Assembly: GCA_036172245.1 (NCBI GenBank)
Contig: JAYWIR010000025.1
Span: 372,001-436,000, forward strand
Source of the DNA: Raillietiella orientalis
Lineage: Eukaryota
Length of the DNA: 64,000 nucleotides
Direction: 5' to 3'
The notes below the pieces were generated by a model. That model was given only the letters and a program-made list of their open reading frames with translations, was not told the DNA's origin and searched no databases. Position numbers and translations under genes: made by a program. Below are positions 51,401-64,000 of the stretch, one piece after another. Position 1 is the stretch's first letter. Each line of letters opens with the position of its first letter.

Positions 51401-54176
51401 AAGTAACATGAAAACATCTTATTCAGCCCGAATTTTATTGGTTTCTTCTTTTATTTCAACAGGCATGTATTGTTTGCATTTTCAGTTGTTCTCAAATTTA
51501 GCCTCGACTCAAAAAATGTCTTGAGATGCCAATGGAATTTGCAATAGTAGTCACAATCATGTAACAACAGCCTAACAAAACCCTGGGTAAATAATAAATG
51601 CTCGTGTAACTTTATAAATTAAAAGCAAATATACTGTTCCTAGATCTGGTGACCACCTTAATCATCCATTCTCCTTACTGCCAGAAATTTTGCAGTGAAT
51701 GATTCATTTCAAAAGAAGTACAAAATACAATTTTAGAGAATACTGTCAATAAACAATGAACACAAAAAAGGAATATTTTTGTAGATCCCATCTTTAGTTA
51801 CGATGAGATTCCATTTTGTGTAGAATTCAAGTACAAAAGACTCACAAAGATGATTTACAGCACATTTGTGAATTTTTTTGCATTGTATCTCCTCTAGAAT
51901 TCAAAAAACTAAAATGCATTTCTGAAATGCTGAAAAAAAGCTCAATTAAAAATAACCAAACATTGTTGGAAAGCCATTTTAAGTACACTTGGCTTTGTCA
52001 ATCACCTCATTTTTTACAATGTATTACATACTCCTTGATGCCTTATGTGCATTTCGAGAAAAATGCCCTCACATATGGAAATTTACAGCATTTTTTTTAC
52101 CTGGTTGAATTTAGAAACCATATATTACAAGCATTATTATTAACTTTATATGCTCACATTATAATCACCCAATACAAACTATCAAATAATAAATTATCCC
52201 AGTGCTGATACAGTTGGCAGTTTTTTTAATGCCTCTTAATAATGGAAACAGCTATGTTAAACTCTGATCCAAATAACCCTGAACTTTTTAGGAACTTAGA
52301 ACAGTATTACACTTTTATACATTGGATGCATCTGCTATGTTGGAAGTAAAAAATTACTTATGAATAAACCATAAGTTTACAGGTTGTTTTTCTGTTTTAC
52401 TTGTCAATACATCATTATTTTTCAATATGTTCAGTGGAATCCGATCTTAAAAACAAACATAAAGAATTCTTTCAAAATTGACCACTATACTGATTCATAC
52501 AAGCATCATTGTGTATTACCAATCAGAATCCTTCTTTAATGTCTTACTGATGAAAATTTGGTCAAATGAAGCCTACATATACCAACAAAGCAAATATCAC
52601 TACAATTCACTTTTCCAAGATTCCACACAGAAACTGTAATACACAGTAAAGACCTGAAAAAAATAAATTATTCATCAAAATACAACTTATTCACCAAAGA
52701 CACATCAAAGAAGGCAATTTCCTATCTGACTAATTACTATGTATGGTACTCAATTTGTAATTCCTTACTGATAGATAACACTAAAAAGCATTACTATCAC
52801 TAAAAGTTTGTACTTAATGTTGCAAATGAAAAGCAGTTTCCTCAACTTGACTTCATGCCTATAGCAGTGATAGAATCAGGCTGAAAGTCTTAATGATATA
52901 TAATTTAATCGAAAGGTTTCTTTATTTGCAGTCAATGATACTTTTCTGTGAGAAATGCAATGAAACCCTGTCATTAAAGCAAGGTTAATCATTTGAAAGT
53001 GTTAACTGGTCTACATAATTTTCATTTCCACAGTTTTCAATGCTACTCTATACACATGTGAAAGTAATAGAATAATACCAAAAAAAATAAACAGGATCAT
53101 GGTATGTTATGGATCTAAAACATTTATCTTTAAAAACCAACTTGCAGGCTGAAAGCTCCACATGTTAATATACTGAGTATTCAACTTATTCTTACACACT
53201 GAATATAGAAGATCTTCCTCAGCGCTCACAAGCACTGCAATGCAACTGAGGATTAGTATGGGTTTTGCTTTATCAAAAGAATCAAGGAAATACAAGTTTC
53301 TCAAATCATTCCATTGATGATGATTCCATACAAAATCATTTCGTATACAGCATTATGCATACCTGAGTTGATCTTTAAAAGATGATATTACTAGTGATGC
53401 AAGAATGAGGCAAATCTTATTCCTAAATCCTAAATTCAACTTGCTACATTTTAAAAACTTCTAACATTGAGAAACTTTAATGGAAATTTCAAAGGCTCAT
53501 TTGATTATACCAAATGAAAATTTTTAAATATATTTACCTCAAGCATGTTAAAAAATATGTATAACTTTATTACAGATTGACTTTTGATCATGTGATAAAG
53601 CACAGAAGTATCTAAATAGGAAAGCAGTAAACAACAACATGTAATAATAATGCTTTTTAGAAGATCACAAGTTTCAGCATGACTAAGCAGTTGAGATTTC
53701 TCTTTTTCATGCCTGCAAAAAATAGAATGAAATGTTATATTATCACATAACAATATAGAAAATAATAATTACAGGAAATTAACACAAGAATTTGCTCATC
53801 TACATACAAAGCTCACCAAACATGCACAGTTCTACTTGAATTTACTCACTTAAATATCGTTTTAAAGGGCCACAAGGTGAGGCTAACACATGCCATTACC
53901 AATCTCAATGGGAGAAAAGTAAACAATGACATAAACGAATCAGTACACTGAAAAGAAAAATTGGTAAAATACGTAAACCACTAATATTCTAGGGATATAC
54001 TGAGACATGTAACGCAAGCTCACTTGGAAATAGCCATAGCACATGAATTTTTCCACTTCTCTTGGTATCCGCATAAAAGTATACATTTTTTCTCTTCTGG
54101 ATAAAAACTGCTCTTCGTCATTTTCTAATCTATAGCTTCTTCTCAACTCTGATGCAATATAATCAAAAACACTCAT
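48472..54176 (-). CDS. TAPT1: Transmembrane anterior-posterior transformation protein 1 (TAPT1/Emp65 family), 8 exons, about 522 aa
   Basis: Exons 54176-54024, 53947-53850, 53712-53538, 49801-49666, 49615-49518, 49460-49310, 49267-49098 and 49059-48472, total 1569 nt in frame. Motifs: YTFMRIPREVEKFM, YHMIKSQSVIKLYIFFNMLEVGDRLFSAFGQD, QATTLNVAINS, SNNFVELKGSVFKKF, DWLKHAFITRFN, VSRRMGFIPIPL. The start codon is the first in-frame ATG and an upstream exon cannot be excluded. Confidence 0.95.
49268..49309 (-). other. GC-AG intron of TAPT1, 42 nt
   Basis: Donor CAG/GCAAGT. Read-through hits TGA and the nearby GT donor is out of frame with the TTTCAG acceptor. GC splicing restores WSA-DRFWILL. Confidence 0.85.
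49616..49665 (-). other. U12-type (minor spliceosome) GT-AG intron of TAPT1, 50 nt
   Basis: Intron reads GTATCCTTTTATTTAATGATAGAGTGCATTTGTTTCGTTAATTGTATCAG: a 5' site matching the U12 consensus GTATCCTT, a branch-point-like TTCGTTAAT about 10 nt from the AG, and no polypyrimidine tract. Confidence 0.85.
51162..51230. repeat. Palindrome in the long TAPT1 intron (25-bp perfect stem, 6-nt loop)
   Basis: ACCTGAAATGTGAACTAAAGGAATA-attatg-TATTCCTTTAGTTCACATTTCAGGT, with outer TGTCT/AGACA pairing. Confidence 0.95.
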
Positions 54177-54699
54177 CTTAACTTATTGAAAACCTTGGTT
54201 CAATGAAAACCTTGAGCAACTACATAGTGCTTTTGTCAACAAGAAATGCCAAGATATTTTTTTTTTTAAAAAAAGAAAAACGTGCAATTAACGAGCTACT
54301 CTGAGATGCAAGAACGAGCATCAACTCAATTTGTGTTAATCTACAAAATTGGAAATTACCAGTTACACATTCAGAGCAGCTACGAACGAATACATTTCGT
54401 ATTAGAAACAGAGCACCTAGATAAATATAGCGACTAGCAGAATTCTGTGTTCACTAGGTTTTGTACTCAAATTTTCTATTGTATTTTATTTGAGTAGAAG
54501 CTACTCTCAGAAAAGATTAATTACTGGTGTTTCAATACATCTGATTCAATAAGCATTTTTGATGAATTCGAGTACAGCGTCATTCACAAGAGAAAGGTGC
54601 AAAATAAGAGGGTCCTAATGCATGAATTTTCTATCCAATCAATAAGAGAAGCTATAAAAAGATTCAGCAGCTAGTCCGATCAGATCCCAATTTAACATT

Positions 54700-56600
54700 A
54701 TCAACAGCATCTTGAGACGTACACAAAAACTGATTAAGCTAAGATTGAGCTAAGGAGATTGAGGAGATTGAGCTAAGTATCAAAACCATGTCATACAGAG
54801 GATCAGATTCCTGACAGAAGGGGAGTCGACCTTAGTCACTCCATGAAGGCAGACCTTAATCCTTTACACCGATACCAAGTTGATAAACAAGTTATGCACG
54901 AATCGCCTTTAAACAAGTGTTTGTAGAAACTTGCACTATCTTGGGAAGGTTCATGGCAGATAATGTGTATAGATAATATATAGATGCCAATAGACCTGTG
55001 CAGACAGAAAGACGAGAGACTGGAGTTAGCAGCAATGGATATGGAGAAGGCCTACCACAGTGCCGAACGTGAGATGCTAATCAACATGCTGCAAAAGCTA
55101 GCAGGGCAGAATTTCTGAAGCGTGCGAACATTATAAGGTATGAAGCTAATTTCGAAAAACTGCTTAATCCTTTGGATGAGGAGCTCATCAGATTTAAACG
55201 TTCTGTGTTGACGACACGCGAGTCTCAGTTGCGACCTCTGTGGATGGAATGCTCTTTCGCGTACCGCGTACTCGATCGAGGTACCGATTCACTACATAAA
55301 GTGATGATTAAACTTACTATTGTAATTGTTTATTTACACCACATGAAATACAATATTTTCATTTTTCCAGATATGCATTATTTATTTAAAAATTATAAGC
55401 ATAATTCCAATAAAATCATTGTACCACTCAAATGATTATCGTAAGAAACCACACTCAAATGAATTACTGATTTTATTGGAATTATGCTTATAATTTCTAA
55501 ATAATAAGAGAATTTTGACGAATTGTATATGACACAATTATAATATGATGCTATTCTCGGTTCGCCATTCTCGAGAACACTTAGCTGATGTAAACAGAAT
55601 TATGTTTACTGTCGTTGCTAAGCGAATTATAAGAACGTTTAAGTGTATGTGTCCATCTCAAACATTGATAGTGTTAACTTGTGACGCGAGTATAAGGTAA
55701 AAACTTTTGCCAAACTCATATATGCTTCCATAGCACTCAAAGGGTTAATGGGAGACACTCCGGGAATATTTGCATGAAGAGCGGTATCGGCCCAGGAGAT
55801 GTTTAAGTCCAACCTTATTCGCGATTGATGTGGAAGCAGTGAACATCATAGTGGAAAAAACAGAATCTAAAACATGTCTGGATGTATGATCACCTATTCA
55901 AACATTTCTTAATACTGCTGATGATCAATTCTCGAGAGACCAATGAAATGAGCAAACACTTATACAGACGAAGATAGACTGCAGCAAAGTTTAGGACTGA
56001 AGATGGATACCTACAATACCTATGCCAAAAAATGAGAAGGACTCGCACAGACTCGCACAAAATCCAGACTCGCACAACCTTGGGATGAGTATCTTCAATT
56101 AGAAAAAAGCAGCGAAATTCTTAGGCATATTTGTTTCCAATGATGCACTGGGGAAGTGGCAATAAAAGGCAACATGATGCAGTCAGAAGACAGGAAGCCA
56201 GGAAGTGCTATGAGCCAACTTTTTGGTACCATCAAGAAGGGATTATGGAAAGGATATTATACATAAACAGCTTCCACTAATTAAGTGGAGACAAATGAAG
56301 CAATGAAGGCAAACAATAAAAGCATTCACATAGAACTACAAAGTGAACAACTCTGGAGAGGGAGAAAATTTGAAGGGAAGGAGAAATGTGTATGCCAGAC
56401 TCGAGAATGAAGTGGTAAAACATGTCACAGAAAAACGGAAAACAAACGAATTATTTCATCTCGCGGGAGGAGGAGAGACCATGTGTTTCTCACAAAGAAT
56501 ACACTAAGATGAAGAATCAAAGCCAAAAATTATCCACAGTTAATGGAATGCAAGAAATGAAAACATACACACACTATGTTGTGTTCCAACAGAATGCAAT
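54700..56600 (+). mobile_element. Decayed L1/Tx1-like LINE ORF2 (RT and C-terminal zinc-knuckle region), interrupted by a MITE
   Basis: GRFMADNV (about 54944), AAMDMEKAYHS...MLQKL (55029-55100), NGRHSGNICMKSGIGPG/LSPTLFAIDVE (55747-55835), DHVFL (about 56477). Confidence 0.7.
55164..55748. mobile_element. piggyBac-like non-autonomous element (577 bp) with TTAA target-site duplication
   Basis: TTAA-TCCTTTG...CAAAGGG-TTAA (TTAA at 55164-55167 and 55745-55748). Removing it rejoins the LINE frame as YEANFEKLLNGRHSG. Confidence 0.75.
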
Positions 56601-57799
56601 GTGAGTTGACAACCTAAAGATGATTCCGAACAGAAAGAAATATGAAGAGAAAACCTAGCAACGGTGCTTTGCTACCTAGAGCGAATCCCAGGATCAGCTG
56701 CAGCGTGAGCGAAGAATCAGCAGTCCAAGAAACTCAATGGGAGGCAGAAAGTGCTGAGCAGGGAATGTTGGAAGAATCTGTACATCGAGTGATATTGGTC
56801 AAAAGGATCGATGAAGTACAATGAAAATTTTCCCATGAGAAAAGAGGATTGTATAGGGATTTGTGACAACAGTGGACACGGACAACCAACCAGAATCTGG
56901 GTGAAGCATTCCCTTGGGAATCAGCGAAGCTCTGGAAAAAATGAGACATGCATATCCTGGAACCTCTAGCAACAGGAAGTACAGTGTGGAAGACAAAATT
57001 ACCTGGCACCTAGGACGGTCTACTCATCTTTTCCACGGGGTTGTACAGAGCAGACTCAGGCAGAAACCAAGCACGGCAAGCTTGTGGATGAATGCTCTGC
57101 GGGGCGTTTGTCCTGGTAGGGAGAGAGCAGAGCAGATCTAGCATTCCCGAAGAAGTCTTGAATAAAGCTGGTGGAATTCAGAGAGAGAGAGAGAAAGAAG
57201 TAAGGAACGCATTTCAGTTCTCCAAACGAGACGAAGAAAGACTTCCTGGCAGGAGTGTTCCAGGCACGGACTGTGTTACGAAGTTCAATCGAAGGTGCAG
57301 GCTTCTTTCTTTTTCTGATATTCTTTCCCACTGACAAGTCAGATGCTTTTCCCCGCTGCACCCAGAGTTCTTCAGCCTCTCGTAGGAACTGGTGTCCTAC
57401 TCTGCATTCACTTATTTAATTATTTATGTGCTTACTGTTCAGAATTGCTAAAAACTCCCAGGGAGACTGGGGGTCGCAAATGCAATCCAGTAATGAGGAA
57501 TTACACGGCCCTTTTCGTCTGAGGGGTGTTCGCAAGAAGCAAAACCATTTTGGAAGGAGATCGGCAGCAGAGAGGCGTGTCTCGTTTCTCGGGGGAGCTC
57601 ACGAAGAAAGGAATATCCACGTACAAATGTGGAAACGTTTACAGCGTCTGCTTCTCAAAAGCAGGGGTTCTAGAAGTGCCACGACCCCCGGTTTAAATGG
57701 AAACTGTTCAGGAGAATGAAGTGTGGTCCACTGAAATAACTTATTGTAAGTATTCGTAGATGAGGAAGATGAAACAATTCCCCGGTCCCTGCTTGGAGA

Positions 57800-60700
57800 G
57801 TGCACACCGTTGGTCCTTCAAGGTGGCTATTTTATACCACTGGAAAAGAGGAATTCCCGAAACTTGCAAAGGCTGTATATGCCCATTGCCTTGAGGATTA
57901 GGCAAGGAACTCCTTGCCTACACTGAAAGTCATCGTCCATCTGGAGAAGCCTGTCAGGGTTACCACCACGACTTGAATTCGAGATTGAAGGAGAAATGGA
58001 AGGAATGGAAACAGTGGAGAAGGTAGACTGGGAGCTGTAGGCTCGCGCGGTCACTCTACTATAACCACTGGTATACGCAATGTCTCGTGGAGTCGTGGGG
58101 TGCGACTATATAGCTAGGACTGCATTAGTTCGATTCCAGGTGCAAAAAATGAAGAGGCACATGATGAGCGTGCACAGAATGGAAGTATCAATAAGATACA
58201 GATGTAGAAGATGCATAGCTGATATACATTTAGCAAATCTTCACATCACGTATGCGATGGTGAACTCTCCTCGCCTGCCCCCGTGGTTACAGTGCAAGTC
58301 TCGACAAGACTAGTCTGTACCAGACCGGAGTGCAGCATGGCCTTTTCCATAAGAAAAGGCCTGCTAAACCATCGGGTCTGGCATGAACGACCAGGGAGGC
58401 TGCAACCTGCCGACGGAGAGAGCATGGTCTCCGAGGCAATCCCATCCATTAATATACTTGGAGAAGAAAGCGAAAAAGAAGCAGCAGAGAAAAAAGAAGA
58501 TGAGAGGGAAGAAGGCATGCCAGTAGGAATACTGCCCGAGATGCCCCCACAAGAAGAAGGGGAGGGAGGAGTCTTTTTTGGCAATTTGTAAGCAAATCTA
58601 GACCCTCTGATCGAAGAAAAACTAAACAAAGACACAGAAAAGGAGCAACTACAACCTGTTCCCATAGACTACAAAATATAATGTAAATTCCCCTCCTTCT
58701 GGGTCGACATTCCCTAGCCACAGTCGCTCCAGAGAACGAGCGAGAACAATCAACCACCAAAAGAGACGAGCAAAACAGAAGCAATACAAAAGATATGGAA
58801 AACCAAGAGGCAGGAAAGGAAAATAGACATGGAAACTGAATTATTCCCTGGAATCCAGCGAAGAAAGAATCAATCTCCAGAGGATCCTGGATTAAAAAAG
58901 GAGGACTTTCTCACGATATATCAGCTCGTGATAACTAAGCTTCAAGAAGTCCTTGAATTCAAAACAGGAAGGAAGAGAGGAGGGAAGCCGAAGATTGATC
59001 CGAGACAGATCCTCCGTCCAGAGACTCTATAATATGAACAGAAGAACAGCAGTTTGAGCCATTCTAGGTCAACAGGACCAAACTTGCAAGTTGAAAGTTG
59101 AGACGCTAGAAAAGCATTTTGAAAAGCAGCTGGAGATAAAACACAAATCAGATGAAGAGCTTCTCAAGAAGATACTGTTGGGAAGAAGCCAGAAAACATC
59201 CCCCACAGGTCTATCTCCATTTACGCAGGAGGAGGTAGCGGCGGTACTACGAAGTTTCGAAAACTCCTCCTCAGGAGAAGATGGAATAAAGTATGCTGGA
59301 TGGGGAGGTATCGACCCAGAAGCAGAGATGATTCCGATAATCTTCAACATTCCAAGAAAATTTCGTCAAATTCCAGAGGGGTGGAAGTGCACCAGGTCGG
59401 TGTTTTTAGCAAAGAGGACATCTCCAACTGGAGGCCAATATCCATTGGTTACAGGGCATACAGGTTGTACGCCAAGTGCTTGACCTCCAGAATAAGAAGC
59501 TGGATATTGGAGAACGAAGTCATCGGCACCCAGCAGAAAAGTTTCCTGCCTTTAATGGGGTGCTATAACAGAACTTCGTCCTCCAAACAAGGTTGGACTC
59601 TGCTCGTCTCTGATCGAAGGATTTCTGCACAGTCTTCATAGACTACGCGAATGCCCTTGGGTACACTATCCTATGAGATGATCATGGGAACACTAAAGGA
59701 AGAAGAAGCAGGCGACGAACTGATGGACATCATCCAGGAGATATACTACGGTAGTTCCACTGCCATCGAGTTGGAATCGACGGCAACGAGAACCTTCTCC
59801 ATGCGGCGCGGAATGAATAAGGCTGTTCATCAAACTCATTCCTCTTTGTTCTAGCAGTCGAACCCATCCTCTGCTCGACGAGGGCAGACTATGAGCGATT
59901 CTGGCGTACGCTGACGGCATAGTTATTCTAGCCAAAGACGAACTGAAAACCAAGGTAGAGCACTTTCAAGACTTCGTAGAGAGAACCCGTTATCCATCAA
60001 TCCGGCTGAGTGCTGGAAAAGTCCCGAAAGGACAAAAAAAATCCATATCGAGGTGAAAAAAGGGGGAATTCCTTGTACTGTCTTATCAGAGGCATGCAAA
60101 TACCTAGGGAAACCCTTCGGTGTTAAGGTATTTAACTCGTGTCCGTCCAAAGAGGACATTTGTCAGAAGGCAAGTGCCATCCTAGATAGTGAACTATCGG
60201 GATGGCAAAAGATAGATACAATGAAAACCTTCTTTTTCCTCAGCCCAGTTCATTACGAGAGTCTGGCAAATCATTGAAAGGAAGAGTGGCACTATGTAGA
60301 TGAGGGAATCAGACGCAAAATTAAGAATGCCTTGCACCCCCAACCTAGGCAACCAATGAATACCAGTACGGAGAAAGAGAGAAAGAAGCAAAGGCTGCCT
60401 AGGACTGATGAAGCTAACGAGTCTGACATGTTTACCATGGATAGCTGCTTCAAGTTACTCACTCGCCGGACAACGCGGTTAAAAAAGTCAGCGCATTAAA
60501 TACTAGGCGAGTGGTCCAAAAAAGAATCCGCTTAGCCCCTACAGATGAAAATCTCGGGAAATTCATGACGGGGATTCCATTCGGGAGAAACACACAATCC
60601 GGAAGCGACATAGAAAGCCTTTGGTCAAAAGGAAGAAAGGCCTCTGGAAGAGCGAAAGTCCGCTGGGATTTCAAAGATGGAGAACCGAATATTACGGTTG

Positions 60701-61676
60701 ACGGCGTCCTCTTCACCAGTAGCACGAGAATAAAGCTTACCTCGGCGTGAAAGCACTGCAAAGGGAACATGCATGGCAATCCCTAATCCAAAATCAGTCA
60801 AGGGAAAGCCATGCAGTGTGTGGACAGGCAACACGCTTCAAGCTTTTTCCACACTAATGGATACCACCTGAGAATACAGGATTACAAGTTCATTCACGCA
60901 GCAAGGCTAAACCTATTGCCAATCAACGCTTGACCAACAAAAAAACCAGAGGAACGCATATGTCGGCGTTGCGGGACAGAAGACGAAATGTGGTCCCACA
61001 TACTAAATAGATGCAGGAAACACGTTCCTCTGTCCATGACATGCCACGACGCTATTCAGGAAACAATCTGAAAGGCCACAGTGGATGAAGCAAGATGGAG
61101 TCTTGTGTCAGGAAACCAGAGAGTGCCAGGAACAACTCCCACCCTAAAGCCAGACCTGGTCATGCAAAAACGAGGTTTTCGTGCTAGACGTCTGCTGCCC
61201 ATTGGAAAATGGAAAGGAGACGTTCAGCACAACCAGGAAAAACAAGGAAGAGAAATACAAGGACGTAGCAATGCAACTGGGAAAAGGTGAAAAACAAAGC
61301 AAAGTACACGCGTTCATCGTCGGCTCTCTAGAAGTATGGGATCTTGATAACGAAGAAGTATTACAAGATACAGGAATACCAAAGAAGAAGCTGGTGGAAC
61401 TGAGGCACCGGATGGTGGCTGCGTGTATCCGGTACTGCAGAGATATCTATGCAGCCCACGTCGCAAGGGCAATCGATATCTTGATCTTAGCCAAAAGGCC
61501 GATAGCCAGCCGGAGGATCCAGACAATCTTCTCTCGCCATACAAAAGCCAGGAAACAGAGGAAGCGCCATGAAGAGGGGTGAAGAGCGCCCCACGTAAAC
61601 AGATGAGTAACTGAGAAAGAATGTCCAGAGCCCCCCTGCAACCAGTTATGTAACTGCACAAATAAGCAATAAAAAG
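57800..61676 (+). mobile_element. Utopia/NeSL-clade non-LTR retrotransposon, inactivated (N-terminal zinc fingers, RT, CCHC, restriction-like endonuclease)
   Basis: KRHMMSVH...YRCRRC and CTRPECSMAFSIRKGLLNHRVWH zinc fingers; PFTQEEV...SSGEDGIKY; NWRPISI; QKSFLP; DYANA; LAYADG (YADD mutated, about 59901); KYLGKP; LSGWQKID; YKFIHAARLNLLP; CRRCG...HILNRC; KPDLV; DVCCPLEN...KEEKY; FIVGSLEVWD..NEEVL...RDIYAAH; ends at AATAAAAA (about 61668-61675). The 5' boundary is approximate. Confidence 0.88.
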
Positions 61677-63297
61677 TTTGTTAGTGCTTCAGGGGGAAGG
61701 AAGAGAGAAATTTTCCATCCCTGGGACATCAGTTTGGATACCAACGTGAGCAACCAAAGTAGCATTCAGAACCTTAGACGGGAAAAGTTTCGATTTCAGT
61801 ACCAACTTTTTTTTTTTTTCTCACGTAGAATGTGAAGAATTTCTGTATTCGAGTAATAAGCAAAAACATATTTACTTTCACTTTTACTTCCCATGTCAGT
61901 CATGGAAGATACAAACAAATTCTGCTAGTTTGAAAGGACTGTGCCCATCTGATATTGGTTGGTATTCCTTCAACGTCTCTCTGGAAACCCACTTTCAGGA
62001 CTCTTTTGTTCCACACCTGCTTGCCCAGACATCTTCAATACTTTTCCTGAAACCTACCTGAGCACATTCTCATTATGGAACATTTCGTTTCTGGACTATG
62101 GTCACTTCTGTCCATACTGATGATGCATTTCCACGAAGAATCGAATTCCGAACTCGCAAAACTCGAAGTATCCATTTTCTAAAAATATTTCTCCACCTCA
62201 AAGAATGCCTCTACGGATTATCTGGTCTGTTTCGTTTGGCATACGTACAGCTCAAATGCAAATGATCCTAGCGTCTATTTCTTTATGTCGAAGCTTTGGA
62301 GAATATTCTCATTTTCGGTTGCCGTGTTTCGGAGTTGCTTGCAGGGTTGCCTTTCTGAGGTCACCATTTCTTCCCAACGATCACGAAGGACTGTTCAACT
62401 GGTGGTAGCTCATTTTTCACCAGTAATCGTACTTCGAGGCGGAATCTATACACACTTTCGTGTATTGATGTCATACCATGAAACCATAAGTAGGTGCCAG
62501 CCTGCTGAAAGCCGTTAAGCCTGCTTCCCGACAGCCTGCTTCACAGGCTTAGGAATGGTCAGGATCTGATCAGGCTAAGCTGTTGATCAGACTCCTCTTT
62601 CGTTAGGGCCACTTGCTATTGTAGGGAGGAACGGCGCAAACTGTGGCACATGCAGGCCCTCGGACCAATGCTCCTGTTCTGGATGTCTCCTGAGATGTTC
62701 TTCAGAAAATCAGGATTCCCCATTTCAGCATCTTTCCGTACAGTAAAAAAAAAAAAAAAAATGACAGCACCTTCCCAGAATAATAGGCACAACGAAGAAC
62801 TTTAGTGAAACCGTCTCTGCACCATGAGTGTTTGGAGCACATTCGACAGCAAACTCCACTTTGAAGCTCGTCGAAAGCGGCGTTTTGCATTGCCTTCGTA
62901 ATCTTTTTAAGAGTGCCGGTCGATGCTTATGGCCACGTCTTGAATGGCGTTCCTTCTTACTTATGTCTGGGAGAGGATACCACGGAAACATTCCTTCACA
63001 GCATTCAGAGAAAATAAATGATGAATTTCTCTTTTGGCTAATTATGGAGAAAGCTGCAATGCACGACCGCAATCTAAAAGCTATCAGTCTTCCGGAAATC
63101 CAATCGCTGTGACCTTGAATTAGGAAACCGCCGAACGGTTCAGCTGCTAATCTGTTATTCTTGGCATAAAAAGGCACGAAGCTGCGATCTGATTCCGAAA
63201 GACACCAAATGGCGCCGGGGGTTTAAAAGTTGCTTTCTTTCGGCTGCGGCGACCGAGCTTCCCCAAAGCCTCGTGTTTTGAGGCTACCCCTGCCAAC

Positions 63298-64000
63298 CAG
63301 AGTTGCCAACAGAAGTTAATGGAATCCTGCTGGGTGGCCTTCGAAAACCCCAGATTTTTCAAAAAAAAATCTCCACATTTTAATAACTGGGAATTTATTA
63401 CTATTATTATTTATCACATGTAATTCGTATTTGATGAGGAAAATATAATTTTAATATGTAACTTACTCAAAATAGCAGGTCCTTCGGGTCATCCTCATCA
63501 ATGGTCTCATAGTGCTGCAATTGTGAGGTGCTTGGAGTTTGGTTCTCAGCTTGTCCACTTTCGCTTCTGTAGGCAGCCAAGGTTCCCATTTTCCTTAGAA
63601 CCTCTGATGGCAATTGATAGTCCTTGCAGCATTCATTAGCGCGGTCTAGACCCTCCCTTATTGTGAGAATTGCATTGACCATTCCCATCCGATTTCGTGG
63701 TTTTGTCTTCACGATGTTCATCAAGCTGGAGATTCTTCCCTCTTGAGCATTATACCATGGAAGAACAAAGAGAGATGTCGCTACTCCAACCAACTCTTGA
63801 ACCAAAATGGATTGACATCAGATGAGTCCTTATAACTAGCTGCAACTCACTCCAGAACTCAATCGTACTGGCAGTTTTCTCCCACCTGCTCTTGTTAAAT
63901 TGCTCCACTGGATTTCTGCTTTTGCTATCTTATCTGATGAAATTTGGAGATGCTGCATTAGGGGTATCAATGGAACTTTGACAACACGAAGAGCACAAGA
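63298..64000 (-). mobile_element. 3' end of a hAT-superfamily DNA transposon (C-terminal dimerisation domain, disrupted upstream)
   Basis: ORF 63467..63805(-) reads LPWYNAQEGRISSLMNIVKTKPRNRM...NAILTIR, matching the hAT LP.SNA..ER.FS.M..K...RNR motif. A TIR-like CAGAGTTGCCAAC lies at 63298-63310. The element runs off the window. Confidence 0.75.

Noticed and set aside
53310..53370. TGATGA...CTGA pair resembling a C/D snoRNA
   Set aside because: It lies antisense to the host intron, with no terminal stem or recognisable guide.
61676..62700. Searched for a U2 snRNA, spliced-leader or rRNA target sequence after the Utopia-like element
   Set aside because: No match to these RNAs recognised.

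Overview
Eukaryotic (metazoan, probably ecdysozoan invertebrate) genomic DNA in three zones. (1) 1-30.5 kb: a GC-rich field of heavily frameshifted non-LTR retrotransposon remnants of the R2/NeSL/Utopia (restriction-like endonuclease) type. Several independent copies appear to share the order zinc finger - Ulp1/C48-like protease - USP/C19-like protease - reverse transcriptase. This is the most unusual signal in the window, but it is read by eye from decayed motifs. The zone also holds a near-identical 2142-bp inverted duplication. (2) 32-54 kb: an AT-rich block of five intact spliced genes (Chk1, H2A.X, MRGBP/Eaf7, Ykt6, TAPT1) with many 38-50 nt introns, including a 50-nt U12-type intron and a GC-AG intron in TAPT1, and two tightly convergent gene pairs. 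(3) 54.5-64 kb: more transposon debris: an L1/Tx1-like LINE split by a TTAA piggyBac-like MITE, a Utopia-like element without protease domains, and a hAT transposon end. Gene models were built by hand and close their reading frames. Transposon boundaries in zone 1 are approximate, and nearly all ORFs listed for that zone are artefacts of high GC.
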